DNA from: the human T2T-CHM13v2.0 reference genome, Homo sapiens
NCBI RefSeq assembly: GCF_009914755.1
Contig: NC_060935.1
Direction: 5' to 3' (one strand)
DNA: 64,000 nt
In this document: positions 29,055 through 41,387 of the stretch, piece by piece
Position numbering within the stretch: position 1 is the stretch's first letter
How the letters are laid out: every line of letters begins with the position of its first letter
Made by a program: the position numbers and the translations under genes
Notes under the pieces: generated by a model
What the model saw: only the letters and a program-made list of their open reading frames with translations
Databases searched by the model: none
What the model was told of the DNA's origin: nothing

Positions 29055-30077
29055 CAAGTAGATCTCATGGGTACTGTTCTAGAAGCCCTTAGTAGGGTAT
29101 AAAGCCCCTTTATTTTTTTTTACACTTATGTGACAAGATCTTCCTTTTATCCTCTTATGTAAAAGGTATTTCCAATCCATATTCATCTCTGTATTGCCAG
29201 TCACATTTTTTGACACTTTACAAATATTAGCCCACTGTCTTATACTTACATTTATGATTATGGAGCAGTCTGTTGTCATTCTATTAAGTGTTCCCTCAAA
29301 ATGAAACAGTTTATTCTGGCTGCTTTTAAGAGATTCTTCATCTTTGGTGGTGGTTTCAAGCTTAAACACATTATAATGAATCAGCCAACAAAGACAGAGA
29401 AATACTAAAAATCAGCCAAAATACATTGTTTTACACATTCAAAACAAAGTAAATTTATGTTTTATACATCCAAAATGGGGATTGTTTGGCTTCCTGAATT
29501 CAATTCATTTGCTTACTCTGAAAAAATTATCAAACATTATACCCTTGAATATGTACTCTCCTCTTCTCTACTTAGCTCTACTGTGTGCTACAGTCAATCA
29601 CACATTATGCTGTTTATAAAGAACATACATGATACTCTCATCCTCCTAATGTCACTATCACTCTCCTAGTTTACCTCTATTTGTCCATCTGTGAAGCCTT
29701 CATGACATAGCTTTATATCTATTATCCAATTCACACTTTCTGCAGCTTCATTTCACTTGCTAAACAAAGTTTTCACTAAACAGCAAATTTTACTTATTTC
29801 ACTTTTACCAATATAAATTAGAATTTATATGGTAAAAGAATTTCTTAAATGACTGCCCAATGTGAAAAAATTCATGTATATATTATATATATTTACATAT
29901 GTATGTGTTATATAGACATACACAAAATTGCTATTGGTAACGACGGTTTTCACAGGAGTCTATAACTACTGAAGATTTTATTTTTCCTAAAAGATATAAT
30001 ATTTCCTTAAAGATATTCTGTTTCTTAATTTACAATAAAGATAATTCTTATGCTTTTATCAACAACATAAATTAATA

Positions 30078-30215
30078 GGCTGGGTGCAGTGGCTCACGTC
30101 TGTAATTTCGGCTCTGTGAGAAAATGAGGCAGAAGAATCACTTGAGCCTAGCAGTTTAAGCCTGCTGTGAGCTGTGATTGCACCACCGCACTCCAGCCTA
30201 GGCTACAGAACCAGA
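30078..30215 (+). mobile_element. Free Alu monomer (FAM/FLAM-like) followed by an AT-rich microsatellite to ~30360
   Basis: GGCTGGGTGCAGTGGCTCACGTCTGTAAT...ATCACTTGAGCCTAG...GCACCACCGCACTCCAGCCTAGG. Confidence 0.75.
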
Positions 30216-31827
30216 ATATATATATGTGTGTGTGTGTGTATATATACATAATATAAATAAAATACGTATTATTATATATAATATATATGAAATACATATA
30301 TTATATATTATATGTGTATAAAATATATAATATATAAAATATATTATATATATATAAATTGACAGTAATACATTAAAACCTGAAATCAAGCTTCAAAAGC
30401 AACAGCAAAGTGCATTTCCAGTCTAGTTCAGTGACTATTAGAATTAAAGCCAACTTCAGGCAAAACATTTCCAAAAACATAAGAAAAAAAAAAAAGAAAA
30501 ACGAGGAAAACTATTCCAGATTTTTGAAGATGTTTATTAAAATCATAAATTGATGGTATCCTTTCTCATCTTTTGATGAGTAAAATATTAACGGACTCCA
30601 CAATTATCTACAAATTTGGTATTTGAGGGTTCATTTGTTGTAAACTCAGTGGTTCTTGGTAAGAGGAAGTTTAAAGTTTGTTTATGGAGATTAGTCAAGG
30701 TGTTGAATCAATCATTTCCTCTCTTCTGGTGAAACCTAATCAAGAACCCTAATGGCTATCCCAAACTCTAAGGAATGTACAACCTGTTTGAAATGGGTGT
30801 GATTTTTCAGAGATTCAATGTAAAGAGGTACAAGTAGCCAAGCTCATTCTTTTCTGGGACACACAGAGTGGCTTTGCAACTGGCTGTGAAGATGTCTGAA
30901 AGCTACTACCACTATATGGTGAGGCCCTGATCCCTGATCAGACTTTAAAGTATTACTTCTACAGCAAGTTTCAGTGAGACCATAAGTATATTTCTAGGGT
31001 GAGAACACAACTAACAGAGGAGGAGTTCCTGCTACTTTTCCAACCCAAAACAGACTGCCCTGTGTTTAATTTTCCAACAAACTGAGCTTGTTTCTATAAG
31101 TGATGTCATTTGCTTACTTAGTAAAAACGTTTTTACTCTTATTTTGTCATCCTGTCTTCCTACAAACTTGTGAAATACAGTGAAGATTAATTTTACTTGT
31201 ATCATTTATGTATCCCTTAGTTCTTCCTGTGTATTCTAAGAACACAGAAAATAGTTTTCAGATATCTTGCAATTCCATACTTGTTGTATATCCTAAATTT
31301 TATTGAGAATATTTTATTTTATATGTTGTACATAAATGTAATACCCTCTGTTCTAAAGTTGGCACGTAAATCTATGCACAAGACAGAATGTGCCATAATG
31401 TACAACTTAAGAGATGTGTTGAATAATTTGAGGACAATATTGTTTTAGAGTATACTAAATGCCTCTTCAGCATTTCTGGGTGAAATCTGATCAAATCTCA
31501 CAATGTTCAGTAAATAAATAATGGTTATTTAGAAATCATTTTGCAGTGGTGGATTGTGATGGAGATTTTTTCAAATACTTTAAAGGAGAAAATTATGACA
31601 TCTGAATGAAACAATGACAGTAAAATTGCAGTTAAATACCATTTCCTAAACCAATCACTTTTTTTTCTTTTGTACTGAATCAATCTTTTCTAATCCAGTC
31701 ACAATGAGCATTAAGAATGATTTTCAGAGTATTCAGGACCCATTATCTAATGGTATAAATTGGACCTAATTTCATACTCTTAAACCTGAAGTTTTTTGGA
31801 GTAAAGTCAAAACTCAACAAAACTGAG

Positions 31828-32122
31828 ATTTTTCTTTTCTTTTCTTTTCTTTTCCTTTCTTTTCTTTTCTACTCTTTCTTTTCTACTCTTTTCTTTCTTT
31901 CTTTCTTCCTTTTTTCTCTCTCTTTCTCTTTCTCTCTCTCATTCTCTCATTCTTTCTTTCTTTCTTCTTGCTTTATTGCCCAAGCTGAAGAGCATGGCTC
32001 AGTCTCAGCTGACTGCAACTTCAGGGTTCAAGCAATTCTCCTGCCCAGTCTCCTAAGTTTCTGGGATTACAGGTATGTGCCACCACTCCTGGCATTACAG
32101 GTGTGAGCCATCACACCTGGCC
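31828..32122 (-). mobile_element. Internally deleted Alu with TTTC-rich tail
   Basis: GGGTTCAAGCAATTCTCCTGCC...GGGATTACAGGTATGTGCCACCAC..ATTACAGGTGTGAGCCATCACACCTGGCC. Confidence 0.75.
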
Positions 32123-32401
32123 TCTCTGAGTTTCATTTTTCTATGCAAAACAAAATGGTAGGATGAGGATGTAGTGCCCTATGAGTTGTGCATGAACCCA
32201 ACAATTTTACCTATAGATCCAAGAGCTCTCTTTGTGCCTCAGGTTCGGTTTTTGTCTTATACAAAATAAAGCCTGTTCTACTCTAGACAGCAGTTTATCG
32301 CTGAGTCACAACCTGAGTCAAATTTTGCTTTGGCCTTTGTTTCTCCAAGGCATAAGATGAAGTTTTAATCATACCTTTCCTAATTTCCTTCCTTCAGGAA
32401 A

Positions 32402-34274
32402 ATGGTCTCAGACATCACACAAGCCTAACAGAAAGAACCCATCTGCCTCTTCTGTCTGAACTAACTCGTAGACCCCATCACCACAGGCTGCGGCCCCAGC
32501 TTCTGTAGGCCCTGTCTCTGCCTTTTCTGGGAAGAAGCCAAAATTCCTACCTGCTGCCCACATGCGGGGAACTGTCACAGCAGGAGGACATCAAAACCAA
32601 TATTCTTCTGAAGAATCCAGTGTGCATTGCCAGAAAAGCCAGTCTCTGGCAATTCCTGAGCTCTAATGAATAAATGTGTGGGATCTACAGGGAGAAAAAA
32701 AGATATTTGGAGCTGTGGATAAGAGCCTGCTTCATTTGCTATTCTGGAACACTCAGGAGCACGGGGCTCCCAGACACTGTGAGGGGCAACTAAGGAACAC
32801 TGGGTAAGTGATGACTCTGAAAGCACTTTGAAAGCTGGAGGATGGCACAAGTAAAGAGATTAGGGGTAAGATGAAGAGCATGAGGATTATTCTGTTCTGT
32901 ATTGGATGTCATGTAATGCCTAGGTATCAATGATAGAAATTTAAATGGAATCTGTGAGAATACCTTCCTTCCTGGAACTTGCATTTCACTGAGGGAGTGA
33001 TGAAGTTAATAATCATTATAATAATTTGACTATTTAGTTTAATATTCAAGGCACTGTAAAGAGCTCAATATCAGAAAGAGTTTCTGGCTATCTAAACTAC
33101 AAGTTCAAAAGCCTTCTATATAAGAAACCTATTTACCAACACTGGAAATAATAGAATAAAATATGCTAGAATTAGCAAGGCATGGTGTCAGTAGATTCCA
33201 ATTCTGATGCAAGATGCCACATTATCTGTAAATTAGCCCTGCTTATGATTTTCCTATTAAACTGGTTGCGTTCCATGTTGTGGTTCTACAGTCTGAGATC
33301 TTCCCAAATCTCTTTCATATCTCATCCTTTGATTTCTTTATCAATGGGGGTCTGACACCCAAAGCGATTTGTTTCTCTGATGTTCAAATTCATAGTTCTT
33401 TTATAGGAAATGATAATGAAGCAAATGAGAACATTTTTGGCAAAAATTCAAGAAAACCAAAGAAAGTTAAATGAGGAGAGCAGGAAAACCAACCAGTGGA
33501 TTGTAAGTATTAGGCCTTTTCCCTCAGATTCAGCCTCAGACAGACATGCTACAAATGTATCCACTTACCACTTGAGTGGAAATCATCTTGGTTAGGATTT
33601 GAGGAACGTTTTCTCTCATGGCTTCCAATCCTGAGGGTACAATGCAGCATTGATTTCTGCCCAGAGAGAGTGGTCAGGCTATGGAGTCGGGAGGTTTGGT
33701 ACTAAAGATTAATTTAAAAAGTTAATACTGCTAAAATTATCTGTGAATCACCATAAATTCCAATGACTCTCATGTAGGTTGTCTGATATCAAAGGGTGTA
33801 TATTGAAGAAATGATGAATAATAACCTTTTTTCGGGTGTTTTAGGAAGTCATATAATGAATAAAAGAGGTTTAAGAAAAGAATGAATTTGGCTTCTAGTA
33901 TTGTTAAGAAACAATAAAAATAAATGAAAGAAAGAGAGGAATGATTGATTTCATGGTTCTGAGAAGTGGGAAGACATGAGTTTATGTACATAGCTTATTG
34001 GTAGGATACATCAGTCAGTCTAGGCTCAATGGCTCAAGTTTGTAATCCCTATGATTTGGGACTGCTACATCAGGAAAGGGTTTTAAAGACGAATTTCCCT
34101 TGAATGATTATTTGTTTTTCGATCCTGTGATGATATATTTGGTATTAGAAAGCTCAATTGTATTTTCCTCTTTAAAGGTGTGAGTCAGAGCAGCGGCACA
34201 TGCCCCAGTGTGTGAGCTCGGATCTCTGTGCTCAACCCATCACTGGACTAATGGACAGATTTCATGACCTCCAG
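32402..34274 (+). pseudogene. Fragmentary TRIM43-like pseudogene: RING/B-box exon 32402-32803, 96-bp exon 33407-33502, ~97-bp exon 34178-34274
   Basis: Manual translation [66 protein letters not shown]; then EMIMKQMRTFLAKIQENQRKLNEE; then HMPQ..PITGLMDR. AG/GT boundaries are retained; several stops and frameshifts. Closest recalled match is TRIM43. Confidence 0.75.
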
Positions 34275-34325
34275 GTGAGTGTCAACCTGCTGAAGTGATG
34301 ACCACACAGTGCCCTTCAGGCATGG

Positions 34326-34373
34326 CTGGCTTTCTTTCTTTCTTCTTTCTTTCTTTCTTCTTTCTTTCTTTCT

Positions 34374-34438
<65 letters not shown>

Positions 34439-34785
34439 TTTCTTTCTTTATTTCTCTCTCTCTCTCTCCCCCCACCGTCTCTCCTCCCTCTCTCTCTCTC
34501 CCTCCTTCTCTCTCTGTTTCACCAACGCTGGAGGGCAATGGTGCAATCTCGGCTCACTGCAACCTCCACCTCCCAGGTTCAAGCCATTCTTCTGTCTCAG
34601 CCACCCAAGTAGCTGGAATCACAGGCACCCACCATCATGCCCAGCTAATTTTTTTTTTTGTATTTTTTAGAGCTGGGGTTTCGCCATGTTGTCCAGGCTG
34701 GTCTTGAACTCCTGACCTCAGGTGATCTGCCCCTCGTGGCCTCCCAAAGTGCGGGGATTACAGGCATGAGCCAGCACTTTTGGCC
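34326..34785 (-). mobile_element. AluS-type element with expanded (TTTC)n/(TC)n tail
   Basis: Alu body ~34515-34785, microsatellite ~34330-34515, TSD TCAGGCATGG at ~34316 and ~34786. Confidence 0.88.
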
Positions 34786-34799
34786 TCAGGCATGGTTTT

Positions 34800-37700
34800 A
34801 CTACAGGCAATTTTTTGTTCTTTATTAATATTCTATCTAATAAAAGGTAACAGACTGTAAATAACACTAATAAGCATACATAGTAATACAGTTCTTATGA
34901 TCATATGGAAAAAATAAATGAAAGCTGGTTACATCATTCAGTTTCCTCTTGAGTCTGGGCCTTTTGGGTCTGGGTCCCTCTGTGCAGCCAAGGCAGGTCA
35001 GATGGAGAGAGATGGTCCAGACCTGGCCAAATGGGTTCTACACAAGCCTTCTGGGTCAACACTGCCTTTCAATTAAGACCTGGGCTGTGATGAGTCCAGC
35101 CGTGTTCTCCACCACAGTGGGCGGTGTGCTCATAGTGGGTCCTTGGGCCATGGGAGACCCCATTATAAACATTGAACAGCATGCCATCAAAGCATTTCTC
35201 ATCTAACACTGCCCAGGGCCCACAACAAGCTACAGCAGCATTGTAACATTTGCCAGCATGAAGCCCGGTGTCCTTTCAGTTTATCCTTGTGTATGAGTAA
35301 ACACAATTACAATCACCTGTGCATACCCTCACACCACAGTGTACTCTGTCCACAGTGGCACCACCTGCCAGTGAGGGCCGTGCCTTTTATCAAGTCTTAT
35401 TTCAAGCTGGCTCAGCATGAGGAAATTGTGTACGCAACACTGACTTTCAACTAAGTCACTCAAAAATTAGTAAAATCATTTCAGGTAGTGTGTGTTTTTC
35501 TTTTCCTTGCTTTCAAAAACAACCTCCAGAGGAGTTTTTTTAGCCACTTATTTAAAATGTTAATGAAGGAACATGTGAGTGCAGGGGCACTGAAATGAGC
35601 AGTTGATTTAAGTCATTCCAACGCATAAGCAAGTTCCAAATGCACTGAGAGGTGAGGAGGGGAAGATGCAAAGAGTGCCTTGGGAAGAACTGCTTTTGCG
35701 GTAAGCCCTTGGTGGCTCCCAGCATGCCCGCTGCGATGGCATTCACCCCACTGCAGTCGTCGTCATCAAGGTGACTTTGTTGTTTTAGAAGGATCTGTTG
35801 TGGTCAGGGTTCCACCTGTCCTTCCCTAGACCATGGCCCTCCAGGCAGTTCTAGGCAGGTCCCAGCTAAAAGGTACTGGGGTAGAAATCAAGGACCAGGC
35901 CCACAGAAAAAGGGACCCCAGGGCCTTCCAAGGGGGAGTGCTGACTGCCAGGTGCAGAATCCATAGAATTACCCACCATGGGAGACAGAGGGACCTGCGC
36001 AAATCCCTGGGGAGTGTGTTAGAATTTCCCCAAATACTGTAAAAGAGAAAAGTGCTCATACTTTATCACGTGAAAGACTAATGATATCTAGGAGCTGACA
36101 CAGAACAGGAGGACTCTGACCACCACAGGACCAGCGAGATGTGTCAGGACAGAAATGAGCAAGCTTGAGTCTCCGGGCACACCTGGGGAAAGAGTAATGC
36201 AAGGTACACATCAGGGCTGTGACTCACTCCTCAAAGCAGGTTTGGTTCCCAGGGCAAGAGTGAAGAGACAGACTCCCCACATCATGTAGTGTGGATGGCA
36301 GGGCTGCAGGGGATGTAGTGCTCTTGCCGGTGGGCTGCCAGAGACCTGGCAGCCAGACCCACTTCTTAGTGAGGGCACATTCATTTCCTCTCTGCGATGC
36401 ATTTCATCATGTTCACTTTGTACCCACGATTCTTCCTGACAGCCTGAAACAGCAGGCTTTGCATCCTTTTCAGGCCTGGGGTCTGGCCTTACCCCAGGGG
36501 CTTCTGTTTCACCCACAACAGACCCGCCTCCACACCGGAGACCTGGTCACTGCTGACAGCAGGGAGAGAAGAAGGCAGAGGAGTCCAGCACGGCCCTCCT
36601 GCATTCATAAATCCTATTTTCCAACGAACATCATGAACTCCCTGTCTCCTGCTCCCAGGAGGAGCCTCAGGTCTCAGGAGTGGCCAATGCTGAGATGACA
36701 AAGCTAATGAAATTCTGATCTCCATAGTCTTGAGGTCTCTAGTGTTGCCAGGAGACTGTCAGGAGGAGCTCCAGAAGAAAGAGGCACAGGATGTTTCACT
36801 CTGCTTTTCCCAAGAGCAGCCAGGGGACAGCCTCTGCGCACTGAGGTAATTCTAGATGATTGGCTCCACACTCTTCCCTCCTCCTTTCTAGTGAGTTTAG
36901 TGCTGGCTGACTGTAGAACACTTTATTCACAGAAGCAAGTAGAAAAAATTGTCACTCTTAATTCACATGCTCCAATGTCAGACCAGGAGTGACCGATTCT
37001 GCAGGGAATTGCCAGGAATGGCTCATTTGTGTTCTCATCAGTCGCCTCCATGCACATGGAGGTGGATTTCACTGGTGTTAATATATGCTTTCACATCCAC
37101 AAGAGGCCCTCCGAGGGACAGAAGTGACTTCACACCCACCGCAAAGCCATTTCTGCTGCCAGAGTCCCCAATCTCCAATCAAGAAAAAAATTCTACACCA
37201 AGGGACGAGCTCCACCCATCTCACTTGTAATCAGTAGCATCGGCATTGTCTGAGAAATATTTATTCTGTGCAGTTTAAGCTTAATTTTCACAAACACTAA
37301 AAAGCAATAAAATAGACTTTAGCTTTTCCTTTAACTATATTTATATATAAATCCCTGAGAAGGTAGCTGTCACTTGAAATTCGCTATCTACAGTTAATTA
37401 ACATCAGGGTGCAGGGAGGGACCCTGAGCCCCATCCTTGTGCACAGCAGGGGCTGGGCTGTCATTGCAAGAGAGCAAACCTGGTCTCCCTTCTGAGCAAA
37501 GAGGAGGGGGTGGGAGGGGCACGGCGGTGTAGGAATTCTTAGCCATCAGCACAGATGCTGGCAGGCCAGCTGTTCACTCACTCACGGGGCCTGGAGGTCC
37601 CACCATGATAACACCACATTGCCTCACAGAGGTCTCTGCTTTTCTGTCCTTGGTAGACCTCAGGGTAGGTGGTGCCAAGGATGATAAAGAACATAAGCAA

Positions 37701-40700
37701 CTGGGAGAGGAAAACAGGCAAAGGAAGGAAGGGTGAATGAGGAAGAAGAGATGAGGCTACAGGGGTGGGAGAACGTGGTGATAAAGCCAGAGGGGATGGT
37801 GTGGTGGCAACTGACAGAAGGGGAGAAGGTTGTCCATGCTCATCAGTCCCCTCCTTCCTGAACAACAGGAGGGGTGCACGGAGGGCAAGCCCTCTGTCAG
37901 TGAATGCAGCAGTTCAAAGAAACAAAAATAGACAAAAATAATAAATGTTCTCCTAGGACACCAGGTTTTTAGACAGGCCACTGTGAGACCTCTGAATGCC
38001 CGATGCCCAATCGTGCTGAGTGGGTAAGTGACAAGAAGCCTGCACCCCCCCAGCCCTGTGCACCTCCTGAGACCGAGGAGCCTGTGTCACCATTACCTAG
38101 GGCTAGAAGAAAGGGCTTCCAAATGGCTCAGGAAGATGAGTGGGCATTTCACGCCACCTCTGGGACCAGATGACCACACCTCCCCTGAGGAATCCCTTAG
38201 CCAAAATAATTGAACATAATAATGTTGCTTAAATATAAACTGGCTCATCTGATCACCCCGACACTGACCCGAGGACACCCCCCTCAAGGTGGCTCCAGTT
38301 TCCCATCATCTAGACTTTTATTCCTGCCCTCCCACACTCCCCGAGCCTGGCTGGAGGTCTGCTTGTCCCCTCTACTTCCCACTCCAAAGCTAATAAGAAA
38401 CCAAGAGCATGGGCTTGCCATAGATCGAGGAAAGAGGCTTGGTGACACTTCCTTTGACTTGGAAAATTCCTCTACTAGCATATCTGCTTCCACATGGCAA
38501 AAATGAGAAGTGCCTGGCCAGTAGCCAGGCACACAGCTGCAGAAGCTACCTGGACCTGCCTCATGGGCCAAAGGGAAGGGCTGTCCACAGGCAAGCCACG
38601 TCTAGAGTGAGTCCAGAGAGACCAGGGAGAGTCTGGGATCCCATCAGGGATGACCCTTCTTTCAGTTGGGTCTGGTGGGTTTTCAAAATCCAGTCTTTCC
38701 ACTGGGGCCATACCAAAGCTCTTGGGGAGGTCAGGCTTCCCAGTCCCAACAGAACCCCTCCGTGAAGTTGTGATTTTCTCTCAAGTTGCATACACTGGCC
38801 AGGTAAAGGCAGCTTCTACTCACCAGGCAAGTGGCCATCTCACCTTCAGATTTGCCAAAGCAATCTGGGTCCTGCCCCATACTTGTTGGCTTGGCAGGCT
38901 TTTCAAAATGCAAGTATCTCTGGAGCTGTTTTGTGGACACCAGGAGCATTACTTGACAAGACCTGTGCTGGTGCCAGGGTACCCTGTGCACCTGGGTAAG
39001 GATGGAACACATTGGGAACAGGGACCCAACATGCCCACTCTGGAACAGCGTGGGACCTGGGGAAATAGCCAGTTGTTTGCTGTCCTGCCATTGCTGTTCG
39101 ACACACCCCTGGAGACTATGAGCATCTGGTTACAGTGTGGTAGTGGCCGGTCAGGACTAGACATGTCCATTTTTGACCTGGAAGCAGCAGACACCCAAAG
39201 CTTAGGGTAGAAGTGGGGGCTCCATACCATTCCCAGTGTCAACTTCCCATGGCGGAAACAGGAAGGAATGTCTGGCTACCCACCAAGGGTCAGAAACCAC
39301 ATCAGCCCAAGCGAAGCTGCCAGACACTGGCTGTTCCAATGACAATTAGACATTCTTGGGAAGGTGGAGCCATTTGTGAGAGCTCAGGATGGGTGTCCTG
39401 GAAGTGCCACTTAAAGGCGACTGAGGCCTCTCAAAATCCCTCTGTTAGAGCTGCAGCTCTCCATGTGGGATGCAGTGCAGTCACCTATGGAGCTTTAGGA
39501 CAGGCCCAGGGCTCAGCTCCCAGGACCAGTGCCTTCACAACTTTCGCAGCAGGGATAGCCGGCTTGGAAAGTCATGCCTGGGAGACCATGTGACACTGCC
39601 TGGCTGGGTCCTGGGCTGACAGAGGTGAGCGTGGAGCTCGTGGTGACTTGGTAATGCTGTGAATTATGTGCATGTGGCAGGAAGGTGCCACAATGCCAAG
39701 GCCCCATGTCTTGGAAATTCCATGAGGTCCGCATGAGGTTGAACTAAACACCAAGTGCAGTCCTCAAAGGAAAAATAAAAGAAATACCTACATAAGGGAC
39801 TATTTGGAACTGAGTCTGGAAAAGAGGGCTGTCTGGTCCACTCCAGGAGAATTTGCCTAAAATAAGTTTGCTTCCCATTGCATTCTCTTTGCTTGTTCTA
39901 AACATCACCTCCCCCTTATTCCTTTAATTTGCATCTTACTCTTGTTGCATCCTTTTTTTACATATCAAGGAAGTCTGGATTCGATTTACTTAAGAGCATA
40001 TACGGCTTAATTTTGTATTTCTGGTAATCATCTATTACATTTCCCCCATTTTATCAAATGACACTTTTCCCTGATATCTATTTTAATATGTTAAAGATTT
40101 TCTATCCAGTTTATCTAAAACTCCTTGATTAAAAAGACTTTAATTCTAGCAATACATACATGTTTATGTCTGCATTGTTTTATAATTTGATGATAAATGT
40201 TTTTCCCCAATATATGACTGTATGGATAATACTTTTTAAAAAGATACAATAAAATATGATATCTCTTTCTCACTTGATCATGTGGCTGAATGAGTCAATC
40301 CCTCCGTCAAATAGAAATATCCGGCATCACTTAATCAAATTAATAGAAACCTCCAGTGTCCATGTGCACCCACAATGAGAAGAAAAGACCAAAACAAACA
40401 GCCAAAAAGGAGAGAATCCCATGATTTCTGTGTAAACTCCTACAGATATCATACATATTTATTGCTAAAAACAGTATTTTAAATAAAAGGTCTTCAGGCA
40501 AGTGTATTAAAACTGCCTTGGATACAAGGGGCCCTATCACTTGTAAAACCTGGCAAACTGGATAACAATTAAAAATACAAAATCACACAGAAAATACCCT
40601 TTAATAAATTGAGGTTTTGTTGATTGAGACAGAGTTTGGCTCTTGTTGCCCAGGCCGGAGTGCAATGGCGCAATCTTGGCTCCCTGCCACCTCTGCCTCC

Positions 40701-41387
40701 TGGGTTCAAGCGATTCTGCTGCCTCAGCCTCCTGAGTAGATGGGATTACAGGCATGTGACACCGCGCTCGGCTAATTTTGTATTTTTTGTAGAGACGGGG
40801 TTTCTCCATGTTGGTAAGGTACTCTCAGACTCCCAACCTCAGGTGATCCGCCCGCCTCGGCCTCCCAAAGTGCCGGGGATCACAGGCGTGAGCCACCGCA
40901 CCCGGCCTAATAAATTGATCTTTAAAAACATCTTAATTGAGGTTCTCTAAAGGGAGCCTTTTAGGCAACATGCCCGCTAGGTGTACTGATTGCTAGGGTG
41001 GCTGGTGTCAGGCGAATCGATGTGGCTCCCCCAGCCCCTTCCTGGGAGCATTCTAGAAAGACAGCGTGGAAACGCGCGCGGCCTGGTGGTCCCGGTAGCG
41101 GCCATGGTGCTCAGCCCCGCGGCCTCACCCTGCCCTCTAACTCCGTGTCAAGCACCTGCGGATTCTCACTTCCTCTTCTTCCAGGGCGGCAGGCGCTTTT
41201 CCTGCACCTTGGCCTGGCGCTTCTTCTCGGCCTCCTCCGCCTCCGGTTTCTCCTCCTTGGCCACCTTGTAAGGCCACTTGGGTGTCCGCAGGTGGCCGGT
41301 GTCCGCAGGTGGCCACTGTCCTTGGTGCTGCCCTTCCGCGCCGGCCTCTGGGGCTGGAAGGTGGGCGTGGGCGCCTTGCTGAATAGC
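34800..41387 (-). pseudogene. ANKRD33B-derived copy: C-terminal coding fragment (~41387-41166) plus probable long 3'UTR
   Basis: Minus strand reads [29 protein letters not shown][17-bp duplication][37 protein letters not shown], matching the recalled ANKRD33B C-terminus. Non-TRIM unique sequence continues to a minus-strand AATAAA at 34821-34826. The UTR extent is inferred. Confidence 0.7.
40613..40907 (-). mobile_element. AluSp-like element with TSD
   Basis: Full dimer with CTCTTGTTGCCCAGG and GCAATGGCGCAATC; TSD TAATAAATTGA at 40602-40612 and 40908-40918; tail nearly eroded. Confidence 0.88.

Noticed and set aside
27789-29057. 316-aa and other GC-rich ORFs
   Set aside because: They lie in the SVA VNTR and Alu-like region, which is stop-poor in all frames.
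34248-34707. Phe/Ser/Leu-rich and Lys/Glu/Arg-rich ORFs
   Set aside because: Translations of the (TTTC)n tail and Alu body.
34949-39754. Cluster of 60-190 aa ORFs on both strands
   Set aside because: No recognisable domains or exon structure; best explained as chance ORFs in 3'UTR-derived sequence.
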